Of a DNA stretch of 64,000 bases, positions 51,639 to 61,973 are shown piece by piece. The DNA is from an uncultured Actinomycetes bacterium (GTDB lineage: Bacteria > Actinomycetota > UBA4738 > HRBIN12). The notes beneath the pieces were generated by a model, which saw nothing but the letters and a program-made list of their open reading frames with translations, did not search any database and was not told the DNA's origin. Numbering within the stretch: position 1 is the first letter of the stretch; every line of letters begins with the position of its first letter. The position numbers were made by a program, and so were the translations under genes. The DNA lies in contig CAWEPI010000008.1 in the NCBI GenBank assembly GCA_963810945.1, positions 6,645-70,644 on the forward strand. The letters run 5' to 3'.

Positions 51639-52600
51639 GATGCGCTCCTTCCTGCGGTCACCGACGAACGGAACCAGTCGACCGTGCGCGCGACCCCTTC
51701 CTCGATATCGACCCGCGGCACGTACCCGAGCAGCCGCCCCGCGAGCGAGACGTCGGCCTGGGTGGTGCGGACATCCCCTTCGCGGATCCCCGTGTGGACG
51801 GGGTCCGGCACGACCCCCGTCCGCTCGGCGATCAGCGCGAGCAGACGGTTCACCGACGTGGGCTCCCCGCCTCCGCCGATGTTGAAGGCCCGTCCGTGCG
51901 CCTCCTCGGCGGCCCGGGCCGATAGGAGGTTCGCCTCGACGACGTCGTCGATGTAGGTGAAGTCGCGGGACTGCTCGCCGTCTCCGTGCACCTCGGGGGG
52001 AGCGCCGGTGAGGCAGGCCACGGTGAAGCGCGGCACGACGGCCGCGTACTCCGACTCGGGGTCCTGGCCGGGCCCGTACACGTTGAAGTACCGCAGGGCT
52101 ACGGTCGGCACGCCGTAGCTGAGCCCGATGCCCGCGCAGTACACCTCTACGGCGACCTTGCTCGCGGCGTACGGCGACCGCGGAGCGAGCGTCATCGACT
52201 CGCGCAGCGGGAACTCGGTCTGGTCGCCGTAGACCGAGCTGCTGCTCGCGGCGACGACCGCCGCCCCGGCGTCGCGGGCGGCCAGCAGCACGTTGAGCGT
52301 GCCGCGCACGTTCACGTCGGTCGTCATGCCGGGGTGCGCCATCGAGCGGGGCACCGACCGCTTCGCGCCCTGATGGTAGATCGCCGAGCATCCGCGGGCG
52401 GCGTCGGCGACCGCGGCCTCATCACGCAGGTCGGCCTGGATGAAGTCCACCTCGGGCGCGTCGCGCAGGTTGTCGAGCGAGCCGTCGGAGAGGTCGTCGA
52501 ACCCCACGACGTGTGTGCCGTCGGCCACGAGCCGCCGGCAGATGTGGGACCCGATGAACCCTGCGGCTCCGGTCACGAGCACCCGATCGGTCGATGTCAT
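51635..52600 (-). CDS. NAD-dependent epimerase/dehydratase (WbpP/GalE-like)
   Basis: VTGAAGFIG, ASSSSVYG, PYAASK, LRYFNVYGPGQ, RDFTYIDD. Confidence 0.92.
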   Translation of the reverse strand: MTSTDRVLVTGAAGFIGSHICRRLVADGTHVVGFDDLSDGSLDNLRDAPEVDFIQADLRDEAAVADAARGCSAIYHQGAKRSVPRSMAHPGMTTDVNVRGTLNVLLAARDAGAAVVAASSSSVYGDQTEFPLRESMTLAPRSPYAASKVAVEVYCAGIGLSYGVPTVALRYFNVYGPGQDPESEYAAVVPRFTVACLTGAPPEVHGDGEQSRDFTYIDDVVEANLLSARAAEEAHGRAFNIGGGGEPTSVNRLLALIAERTGVVPDPVHTGIREGDVRTTQADVSLAGRLLGYVPRVDIEEGVARTVDWFRSSVTAGRSAS

Positions 52601-52686
52601 CGACCGGACCCTACCGGTCGCGACGCCGGAGCGGAAGGCCTGCGAGCCACAGAACCTCGCGTGGACGCGAAGACTCATGCATCCGT

Positions 52687-52701
52687 CGTAGTCGGCCTAC
52701 T
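52687..52701. promoter_or_regulatory. CGTA-N7-TACG-like site (1 mismatch) in divergent promoter region
   Basis: CGTAgtcggccTACT. Confidence 0.45.
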
Positions 52702-52882
52702 GCATCGGGCGGCCGCCCGCGCGGGGGCGGTCCGTTAGCGTTGCGTTCCGGCTTCGCTGGGAGTCCCGGACGGGGCGCGCCCGCGACCTGTCGAGTTGAG
52801 GAGGCAGACGGTGGGCAGGGGATCGCGAGCTGAGCTCGCCAACGCGGATCACGGCTCGGCCCCGGTGTCGTCCGTCCCGGAG

Positions 52883-54355
52883 ATGCCCGAGGATCAGCGG
52901 CCGCTCGACCTCGTGGTGTCGCTGTGCCTGAAGCTGGAGGCCGCCCACGTCCCCTACTGCCACTTCAAGAGCAACGAGGCGTTGGACCGTTCCCTGTCGG
53001 GCGAGAACGACCTGGATCTGTTGGTCGGGGCCGAGGGGGCGGAGCGCTTCCTCGAGGTCCTCGCGGCGCTCGGGTTCAAGGAAGGACGTCCCCCGAGGGT
53101 GCGACGGATCCCGGGGGTCGCGCAGTACTACGGTCTCGACGCCGCGACCGGCCGACTCGTGCAGGTGCACGCGCATCGACGACTCGTGTTCGGCGACGAC
53201 ACGACGAAGAACTTCGCGCTCGACATCGAGGATGCCTACATCGCCTCCGCGCCGCGCGGGCCTCTGCTCCGCGTCCCTTCACCCGAGTACGAGTACCTGC
53301 TCTTCACGCTGCGGATGGTCGTCAAGCACTGCACCCCCGACGCGATGTTCATGCTCCAGGGGCGGATGAGCTCGTCGGAGCGGCGCGAGCTGATCTGGCT
53401 GACCGACCGCGCGGACCCGGCTCGCGTCCGGGAACTCGTCCGGACGGACCTGCCGTTCATCGGGCAGGAGCTGTTCGATCGATGTGTGGCCGCCGTGCAG
53501 CCGGGGTGCGCCGCGTGGTTCCGCTGGCGCACGGCGGGGCGTCTGCACCGGGCCCTCGCGGCGCACAGGAGACGGCGGCGGCTCGCGGACGCGTCGTTGC
53601 GGGTCCTCCGCAGGGTGACCTGGGTCCTGCGCCGGCTCCTTCGAGGACGGCCCGGGAAGAGGCTCGCGGGAGGAGGTGCGCTGATCGCGGTGGTCGGCGG
53701 CGACGGCGCGGGTAAGTCGACCGCGATCTCGGATCTGTCGGGTTGGCTATCCGGTCCCTTCGACGTCGAGCGCGTGCACCTGGGCAAGCCGCCACCCGGC
53801 CTGCTGACGGTCGTGGTCAAGGGACCGATGTTCGTGCTGCGCAAGCTCGGGATGTTCCGGAGCACGCTCGTGCCCGTCCAGTCCCTCCGAGAGCAAGGGA
53901 CGTCGTTCCCCGGATACGGATACATCGTGTGGCACGTCCTCACGGCTCGAGACCGATACCGGCTCTACGCCAGAACGCGGCGATCCGTGCTGTCGGGACG
54001 GATCGTCCTGTCGGATCGATTCCCTCTGGAGAAGATCCGGACCATGGACGGTGAGAAGACGACCTGGTTGGCGGAGCGCCACGACCTGGGGTCCGTTGCT
54101 CGGTGGCTCGTCTCGTTGGAGCGCCGCTACTACGCGAACTTCATATGGCCCGACCAACTGATCGTGCTCAGGGTCGATCCCGCGATCGCGGTCGAGCGCA
54201 AGCAGCGCGAGGAGGAAGCCGGATTCGTCAGACCTCGCTCGAGCGAGGTCTGGCAGGCGGACTGGTCCGACACGCCCGCGGTCGTGGTGGATGCGGGACG
54301 ACCGCGGGAGGAGGTCCAGGCGACGATGCGGTCGATCGTCTGGTCGCAGCTGTGA
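52883..54355 (+). CDS. Fusion of a nucleotidyltransferase-fold domain and a thymidylate-kinase-like P-loop domain
   Basis: N-terminal CHFKSN...SGENDLDLLV (G-x-x-D-x-D); C-terminal IAVVGGDGAGKST, IVLSDRFP, PDQLIVLRVDPAIAVERK. Confidence 0.75.
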   Translation: MPEDQRPLDLVVSLCLKLEAAHVPYCHFKSNEALDRSLSGENDLDLLVGAEGAERFLEVLAALGFKEGRPPRVRRIPGVAQYYGLDAATGRLVQVHAHRRLVFGDDTTKNFALDIEDAYIASAPRGPLLRVPSPEYEYLLFTLRMVVKHCTPDAMFMLQGRMSSSERRELIWLTDRADPARVRELVRTDLPFIGQELFDRCVAAVQPGCAAWFRWRTAGRLHRALAAHRRRRRLADASLRVLRRVTWVLRRLLRGRPGKRLAGGGALIAVVGGDGAGKSTAISDLSGWLSGPFDVERVHLGKPPPGLLTVVVKGPMFVLRKLGMFRSTLVPVQSLREQGTSFPGYGYIVWHVLTARDRYRLYARTRRSVLSGRIVLSDRFPLEKIRTMDGEKTTWLAERHDLGSVARWLVSLERRYYANFIWPDQLIVLRVDPAIAVERKQREEEAGFVRPRSSEVWQADWSDTPAVVVDAGRPREEVQATMRSIVWSQL

Positions 54356-55086
54356 GCTTGGTCGTCGAGCTCTGCGGGCTCCCGGGGGCAGGCAAGTCAT
54401 ACCTCGCGCGCGAAGTCCTGGCGTCGACCGCCGGGGGGGACATCGACATCCGACTGCCGACCGAGGCGATCGGTCCCGACGTGCCGGGGGTCCGGAGGAT
54501 CGGGAAGAAGCTGCGGCTGGTCACTGGAGAGACGCTCCGGCAACCGGTCCTCTCGGTCAACACGATGCGCCGCATCGTCGGTTCGGGACAGGGTGGGGTG
54601 GGCCCGATCTCCTCACGCTGGGTCCAGTGGATGGCCACCCAGCGACTGATGGCCGTCGCGCGATCGACGCCCGGCGTGCACCTGTTCGACGAGGGCGTGA
54701 CGCAGGCGCTCTGGTCCTTGGGTCTCCGCGGTGATCCGTCGACGACCCTCGCCGCCCTGCGTCGGACGGTAGGGCGTTGGGAACACCCGGATCACATCGT
54801 CGTCCTCGACCTCCCGATCGAGCTGATCGACCGTCGCCTGAGCGAGCGGGCCTCGCGTCACAGCCGGCTCCAGGATGTGGCCGACGCCGAGACACGGCGG
54901 GCAGAGCTCGCGAAGGGGAAGGAGCTGCTCGAACGGCTCGCCGACTGGTGGGTCGAGGTGCTGCCGTCGGATGTGTCGGTCGCGTGGATGGGTGAGGACG
55001 CCTGCTCGGCGCGGTCGCGTGGGGGCTCGGGGCTGCTCGCCACGATCACGGGTCGGCCGTATGCCTCCGGCGTCGAGATCGGGTAG
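54352..55086 (+). CDS. Second P-loop (NMP-kinase-like) protein
   Basis: GTGA overlap; VELCGLPGAGKS, LFDEG, PDHIVVLDLPIELIDRRLSER. Confidence 0.72.
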   Translation: MSLVVELCGLPGAGKSYLAREVLASTAGGDIDIRLPTEAIGPDVPGVRRIGKKLRLVTGETLRQPVLSVNTMRRIVGSGQGGVGPISSRWVQWMATQRLMAVARSTPGVHLFDEGVTQALWSLGLRGDPSTTLAALRRTVGRWEHPDHIVVLDLPIELIDRRLSERASRHSRLQDVADAETRRAELAKGKELLERLADWWVEVLPSDVSVAWMGEDACSARSRGGSGLLATITGRPYASGVEIG

Positions 55087-55113
55087 ATCGCCTGCGCTCG
55101 ATCTCGCCCACCC

Positions 55114-55132
55114 GACGTAGGCGAGCTACGTC
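55114..55132. promoter_or_regulatory. CGTA-N7-TACG palindromic site (extended)
   Basis: GACGTAG-gcgag-CTACGTC upstream of the wzz-like gene. Confidence 0.62.
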
Positions 55133-55230
55133 ACGGACCGGGTGTCTCCCGCCGGCCCCCTAGATAGGTTTCCCCGGTGGGGGCCTGGTCGGAAGGCATC
55201 CGACTCGATCAGAGGGCTGGGGAGTAGGCC

Positions 55231-56551
55231 GTGGATCTCAATGAAGCTGTTCGCCGTATCTTCCTCGTGCATCGCAAGCTCATCTTCCTGTGCGTGGTCC
55301 TCGGCCTGATCGGCGGCCTCGCCGTGACCGCGGTGCGTCCGGCCACGTACACCGCCGCGGCGCGCTTGACGCTCGGACAGGGCGACGGGGCGTTGCAGGA
55401 CCCCGTCGCGGTCGCGGACGCGGCCGAAGGCCTCGTGACGAGCAGGGTGATCATCGAGAACGCCGTCAAGGCCGCCGGTCGTGGTCTCGATCCGGTCGAC
55501 GTCGCGAACGACGCGATCAAGGTCAAGACCCTCGGAACCTCCGACCTCGTGCAGCTCGAGGTCACCGACACTCGCCCGGTGGTGGCGTCCGCGCTCGCGA
55601 ACGCCCTCGGACAGGAACTCGTCAACCGTTGGCCGGACGTCAGCGGCGGACGGACCTTGGACGCGCTCCAACCCCTCAAGGACGAGATCGATTCGCTCAG
55701 CGAACAGAAGACCAAGCTCGACCAGATCGATCGCGCTCCTCGACATCCAGATCGCCCAAGAGACCCACAGCGTGACCGCAGAGCAGCTCAAGGCGAAGCG
55801 TGATGTCCTGTCCTCGAACAGCGATGAGTTGGCGCAGCGGCGATCGCTCCTCGAGTCGCAACTGAACGCGGTCTACGTGGCCGGCGCGACTCAGCAGGCA
55901 CCGCAGGTCATCGACCCGGCCGTGCCTCCCATCGTGCCGGATCCGAAGCATCGCGCGTCGGCCGGAGCCCTCGGCGCGCTCCTCGGGTTGCTCATCGGGA
56001 TCTGCATCGCGGCGCTCCTGGAGTCGTTCCGACCGACGCTCGCCGACTCCGACGCCGTCGCCGATGCGCTCGGCGTCCCGATGTTGGGGAAGATGCCGAC
56101 CGACGCGGATGGGCAGTCCGAGGCGATGCGGAAGTCCGCGCTCAAGGTTCGATTCGCCGCGACGACGGTCCACGCGAAGACCATCGAACTCGTATCGATC
56201 GGCCCGTCGATCGACCTCTCTCCCCTCTCGGACTCGCTCGAGGAGCTCGACGGCGCCGCGGGTCCGCGTCTGTCCTCTGCCGGCGCTCGGAACGGCCGGA
56301 TGAGCGTGCACCGGTTCGGGGTCGATCCCGAGCCGCCGACGCGATCCACCGGAACCGGCGGGAAGACCGACAGCGCGCTCGTCGCCGTCGTGCCCTCGAC
56401 GATCAAGCGCTCCGATCTCCGCGAGCTCGGCGACCTCCAGGCCCTCACGTCCTGGCCGCTCGTGGGGGTGGTCACCTATGACCGCTCGAGGTGGATGCAG
56501 CGTCGTGCTCGGCCGGCCCCTCAACCGACCCGCGATGAGGGGGCGGCTTGA
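55231..56551 (+). CDS. Wzz/GumC-like polysaccharide co-polymerase, frameshifted near 55740
   Basis: MDLNEAVRRIF plus TM and PATYTAAARL; coiled coil; QVIDPA...P; TM GALGALLGLLIG; ESFRPTL. Confidence 0.8.
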
Positions 56552-57909
56552 CCTCTCTCAGCATGCCGGCCGACACGCTTGCACGACCGGTCGTGTCGAC
56601 CCCTCGGTTCGGGCGGCCCACGCGAGACATGTCCGGGCTCGATCAGCGCTCGGCAGCGCGCGCGATCGGCGCGAGCATCGCGGTGATGCCGATCCTGCGA
56701 CCCGGCCTCGCGGGTTCGGTGACCCCCGCCGATGTGGTGATCGCCGCGTCGATCCTCGTCGTCGCGCTGTGGCTCGGCTCGAACCGGCTGCCGGTCAAAC
56801 TGCCTCTGGGCGTCGCCGTCGCGACGTCGGTGGTGGGCGGTCTCGTGGCGGCCATCGTCGGCGACCACGTGACGATCGGCGCCATCGCGATCGGGCAGGA
56901 CCTCCTGCTCTTCGGTTGGTGCGTGGCCATCGCCAACGTCTGCAGGACGCCGGGGGCGCTCGCCGTGGTCATCCGGGCGTGGGTGTGGAGCTCCGTCGCG
57001 GTCGGGGTCGTCATGATCATCGGGGCCGCCACGGGGTGGACGGCCCTCGCCGGTCAGGAGGTCGAGGGCGGACGCGCCGCGTTGCTGTTCCCGAATCCGA
57101 ATCAGGCCGGAGGGTACTTCGCCGCGTCCTTCATGGTGATCCTCCTCTGCGGCGTGATCCCCCGTTCCAGCGTCAAGGTCGTGGCCGCCGTCGTGGTCGG
57201 CGTCGCCATGCTCCTCGCGGCATCCAACGCGGCGATCGGCGGAACGCTGTTCGGGCTCCTCGTCGCCGGGATCATCGCGATCGCGAAGGCACGGGGCGTG
57301 TTGGTCGCGATCGCGGTCGGCGCGATCGCCGCCGCGGCCCTGACGGCGGGGGCGGTCGCGTTCGTGCGGCTGGATCTGGTCACGGCCGCTCAGCAGAGCG
57401 ACATCAGGCTCTTCCGGAACACCCTCGGGAGGAGCCAGCAGAGCGCAGAGGATCGCTTGGGGAGGTTCGAGCAACTGCGCGAGCTCTACCTCGTCCAACC
57501 GCTGCTGGGCTACGGGCCCGCGGCGACGAAGGCGGTGCTCGCCGACGGGGCCTACAGCAGCGGGAACGCGAAGGGTGCCCATGACGACTATGCGGCGACG
57601 ATCGTCGAGCGAGGCGTGATCGGCGTGATCGGACTGATGCTGTTGATCGGGTCGTTGATCAGGATGACCGCCTCGTTCGCCGCTCGGTCGCTCGACCCCG
57701 GCTTCGCTCGCGTGGTCACGCATCCGGAGTTCCTCGCCGGCGCATTGGTCGCGGTGGCCGTCTCCTCCCTCACCCACGAGGTCCTCCACTTCCGATACGT
57801 GTGGCCGCTCTTCGGACTCGTGGCGTGCCTCTACCTCTGGGCTCGACCGGACACGGCCGGCCGTCACGACATCGGGATCGGCCCTGCGGCCCGAGGAGGG
57901 CGCGCATGA
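56548..57909 (+). CDS. O-antigen polymerase/ligase family (Wzy-like)
   Basis: About 11 TM segments; FPNPNQAG, LGYGP, GAHDDYAATIVERGVIG. Confidence 0.85.
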   Translation: MTSLSMPADTLARPVVSTPRFGRPTRDMSGLDQRSAARAIGASIAVMPILRPGLAGSVTPADVVIAASILVVALWLGSNRLPVKLPLGVAVATSVVGGLVAAIVGDHVTIGAIAIGQDLLLFGWCVAIANVCRTPGALAVVIRAWVWSSVAVGVVMIIGAATGWTALAGQEVEGGRAALLFPNPNQAGGYFAASFMVILLCGVIPRSSVKVVAAVVVGVAMLLAASNAAIGGTLFGLLVAGIIAIAKARGVLVAIAVGAIAAAALTAGAVAFVRLDLVTAAQQSDIRLFRNTLGRSQQSAEDRLGRFEQLRELYLVQPLLGYGPAATKAVLADGAYSSGNAKGAHDDYAATIVERGVIGVIGLMLLIGSLIRMTASFAARSLDPGFARVVTHPEFLAGALVAVAVSSLTHEVLHFRYVWPLFGLVACLYLWARPDTAGRHDIGIGPAARGGRA

Positions 57910-59524
57910 CGACGACCGCCGCCGCCGCCGCGGATCAGCCTGAGCCGTCGGGCTCCGCGCGCCTGCTCGCGTCGAATACGGCCTGGCGCCTCATCGCGTT
58001 CGGCGCCCGGACGTTCAGCGGCGTGTTGGCGACCGTGCTGCTCGCACACATGCACGGCCCGGTCGGGCTGGGGAGGTTCCAGTTCGCCCTGACGCTGACC
58101 CTCCTGCTGAGCTTCGCCGTCGCGCTCGGGCTGCCCAAGCTGCTCGTGCGGGAGCTCGCGCGGCATCCGGAGGCGATCAAGCTCCGCATCGAGTCCGCGC
58201 TCGTCGTCTCGCTCGGCGCCGGGGTCGTCGTCACGGGCCTCCTGCTCGGGGTGGGGGTGCTCTTCCACGGGGATACCTCGGTCTTCGTGCTGGCGGGCGT
58301 GGCGCTCGCGGCCGACTCGGCGATGCGGATCGTGATGGTCCCGTTCTGGGCGCTCGAGCGGATGCGCTACGAGGCGCTGTGCGTGGGCGTCCAGGAGGGC
58401 GCCTTCGTCGTGTTGACCGTCGTGGTGCTCGTGGCCGGGTTCGGCCCGGGCGGCGTGATGCTCGCGTACCTCGTGTCTCGGGTGATCGGGCTCATCACCG
58501 CGTGGACGGTCGTCGCCGTCAAGCTCCACATCCGTCTGGTCCCCCGCTGGCACGCGGGCGAGATGGCGCCGATGATGAAGCGGGCAACCCCGTTCGCCCT
58601 CGACGACGCGCTGTCGTTGGCGTACATCCGACTCGACACCGTGATCCTCGGGATCATCATCGGTGCGCACGAGGTCGGCCTCTACCAGTCGGCCGTGAAC
58701 CTGGTCCTGTACCTCAACATCATGCCCCGGATGCTGAACTTCTCGATGTATCCGCGGATGAGTCGGGCCTGGCCCGACAACGTCGCCCGAGCTCCGGCGA
58801 CTCTGCGACTCCTCGCTGATGATGCTGGGCGCGCTCGCGATGCCGATCGCCGTCGGCTCCTTCCTCCTCGCCCCGCGGATCTTCGGCGTCATGTACGGGT
58901 CCGGGTTCGACCGGGGCGTCCTGGCCTACCTGCTGGTGACGCCGCTCACCCCGATCCGCATGCTCGGCAACACGCTGGGCACGGCCCTCACGGCCGCCGA
59001 CCGCCAGACGCCGCGCACCGTCGCCGTTGGTGTCGCCGCGGGCGTGAACGTCGTCCTCAACCTGATCCTGATCCCGCAGCTGGGGGCTGTTCGGCGCCGT
59101 CGCCTCCACGATCGTCACGGAGACCGGCCTCTTCACGGCCTACGTCCTCATGCTCAGGCGGGTCATCGGTCCCTCGTGCCTCGTCTCGGCGGTCGCCATC
59201 CCCGGGATGGCATGTGTCCCGATGGCGCTCTCGATCGTGCTGCTCTTCGACGCACCGCTCGCGGTCATCCTGGTGGCGGCGGGTTGCGTCTACACCGCAT
59301 CGCTGTACGCGATCGCCGCCCTCATGACGCCGGGGAGCACGAATCCATCCGCGCTCCGTCGTGAGCGCGTTCGTGAGATGGGCTCCCATGCCGACGGCCT
59401 GATCCGGCAGGCCCGAGCCCGGTTGGGTCGGCCTACCCGCTGTACGCCGTTCGGGGCAGCCCGGCACCACATTCCGTGCCCCGACCGGCCTACACCCTTT
59501 ACAGGAGGGTGTTGCGCTCCGTAG
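57906..59524 (+). CDS. Wzx-type flippase, frameshifted near 58800 and 59100
   Basis: ASNTAW, GPVGLGRFQFA, LAYIRLDTVILG...EVGLYQSA, NVVLNLILIP. Confidence 0.87.
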
Positions 59525-59598
59525 ACTCCTCGCAGGATGTGTCTTACAGCAGATGCTGTATGACCCCAGGGCATCGGCCGGAGTGGAGGGGAGCTGGA

Positions 59599-61217
59599 TT
59601 GGCGCAGACGATGCGGATGGCGTCGGCGCGGGCCAGCCGCCACGACGGCGACGCGGTGTTGCGTGAGATGGCTCACGAGTTCGGGTCCGAACCCGACGTC
59701 GAGGCCGTGATACGCGCGTCATCCCACTGGATCGGCGCGGCTCTGGGTTGGGAGTTGGACGCCATGCGATTCGCGCTTCCCGACGCGCGCGGTGACCTCC
59801 GAGCCGTGCTCAGCACGGGCGAGGAGCTCATCGAGGATGTCTCCCTCCGGAGGGCACGCCTGGCGTTCGACCGGAAGGCAACGAGACGGCGCCCTGCTCG
59901 GACGCGCCGGGGGTCGCAGGCACTCACCCTCCCCCTCGTCGCGCGAGGGGTCGCCGTCGGCGTGCTCGACGTCGTGGCGCCGTCGCATGTCATCGATGAG
60001 GGATGGGAGACGCTCGATGCGGTGGTCAGCCGGATCGCGATCGCCCTCGCGAACGTCGCTGCGCGGAGTTCGATCGAGCGTGGCCGCGAGGCGATGCGGA
60101 AGGCCGCGCTCCTGGGAGCCCGGGTGGCGCACGCGCCCACGCGCGAGGAGGCGATCCGCGAGATCGTCCGCGCACTCCATCAGGACTTCGGCCTTCGGGC
60201 GGCCGCATGGCTCGTCGAGGAGGGCGGGCCGCTCCTCGTGTCCACGAGGGGTCTCGGGTCGCAGGCGACGGGATCGATTGCGCGCGATCGCCGCGTCGGG
60301 ACCGGGCGATCTGTCCACGCGGCTCGCGTCGACGTTCGCGTCGGTCACCGCCTCGGACGACCCCGATGTGATCGATGCCGGCGGGACCATCGTGGTCATG
60401 GATGCGATACCAGGATCCGCAGCTGCGCGAGGCCATCGTGCTCGCTCAGGCGGTCTCCGGTCAGCTCCTCTCGTGGTCGTTCTCGCTCGAGCAGCTGCAG
60501 AAGCGCAACGTCTCCCTCGATACCGCGTTGACGCTGACCGCGCACGAGCTGCGGGGCCCGCTGCTGGCCGCCAAGGCGACGATCGACGGGATGCTGCAGG
60601 AGGCGGGACGTGGGGGCGCCGACCGTGCACGCCTCCGGGACTCGCGACGCCAGCTCGAGGAACTCGCCAGCATCGTGGATCCCTTGCTTCGTTGGTCGGT
60701 CTCCGGCGACGGCCTGCGACGACGCGGGGGGGATCTCGTCGGCCTGGTCGTCAAGGCGATCGACTCCGTCGTCCTCGAGACGGGTGAGGACCGCGTGGTG
60801 CTCGAGGTGCCCCTGGATCCCTCGAGCGTGCCGATGTCACGTCGTCACCTCTCGTTCGCGATCGCGAACCTGATCCGCAACGCGATCGCGTTCTCTCCAC
60901 CCGACTCGGTCGTCTCGGTTCGCGTGGCGTTCGATGACGCGACGGCGACGGTCAGCGTCCACAACGAAGGCATCGGGGTGGCCGAGGAGGAAGTCGAGTC
61001 GATCTTCGAGCCGTTCTCCCGCGGTCGCTCCGGGCGATCGGCGCGTGCCGGCAACGGTCTCGGTCTCTTCGTCGTCCAGCGGGTCGCCGACTCACACGGC
61101 GGCCGGGTGTGGGTGAAGTCGGGTGAGAAGGGAACGACCTTCCATCTCACGCTTCCACTCCGCACGGCCGCGCCGGCCGAAAGGGGTGTTCCGCATCAAC
61201 GCGCTGATCGTGGATGA
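59599..61217 (+). CDS. GAF-like sensor plus HisKA histidine kinase, frameshifted
   Basis: LPLVARGVAVGVL (GAF-like); AHELRGPL (H box), NLIRNA (N), NEGIG, FEPFSRG (F), GNGLGL (G2); no TM seen. Confidence 0.82.
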
Positions 61218-61877
61218 CCACAGGCTGTTCGCCGAGGCGATCAAACCCGCCCTGGAGCGGCTCGGCATGGATGTCGCGCTCGCCACCACGGGACAGGAGG
61301 CCTTGAGAGATCGTCGCCACATCGAAGGTCGACATCGCCCTCGTCGACCTCGGGCTCCCCGACATGAAGGGGATCGACGTGGGAGCGCGGATCGTCGACA
61401 TGCAACCCGAAGACGACCGTGCTCGCACTTACGGCGATCGATGATCAGCGGTTCGTTGCCCCCGTGCTCCAGGCCGGATTCAGCGGCTACCTCACGAAGG
61501 GCCTGCGGATCACAGGCCTGGTGAGTGCCATCACGGCGGCTCTTGAAGGCCAGCTCGTGACCCCCGGGCTTTCCACCGGCTCGAACGGCGCCTCCAGGAC
61601 GCGGACCCAACAGCACGTCGAGCTGCTCGCCTCGACGCTCACTGCCCGGGAGCGTGAGGTGCTCGCGCACCTCGCCCAAGGCGAAACGGGCCAGGAGATC
61701 GCACGCGGGATGTCGATCAGCGTCCATACCGTGCGAACCCACGTGCAGAGCATCCTCGCCAAGCTGCAGGTGCACTCCCGACTCGAGGCGGCGATGTTCG
61801 CCGTGCGGCACGACCTCGTTCCGAGCTCGCCTGAGGAGCCCGACGCTCGCCCTCGTTCGAACAGGCGGGCCGTCTGA
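61186..61877 (+). CDS. NarL/LuxR response regulator, frameshifted
   Basis: LIVDDHRLF, ALVDLGLPD, GYLTK, LTAREREVL...TVRTHVQSILAKLQVHSR. Confidence 0.87.
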
Positions 61878-61891
61878 GTCCGGCTCCCACG

Positions 61892-61916
61892 CACGACGTA
61901 GCGGCTCTACGTCGTG
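61892..61916. promoter_or_regulatory. CGTA-N7-TACG palindromic site (extended)
   Basis: CACGACGTAG-cggct-CTACGTCGTG, a perfect 10-bp inverted repeat upstream of the second regulator. Confidence 0.65.
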
Positions 61917-61973
61917 TACCGCGTGTGGCACCCGTTGCGGCCACCTATCGTCGCCACCGGAAAGAGGGGAACC

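Noticed and set aside
52883-54355. Housekeeping thymidylate kinase (tmk) or CBASS/type IV toxin nucleotidyltransferase defence system
   Set aside because: The fusion architecture and glycan-locus context argue against tmk; no CBASS effector or AbiEi-type partner is nearby
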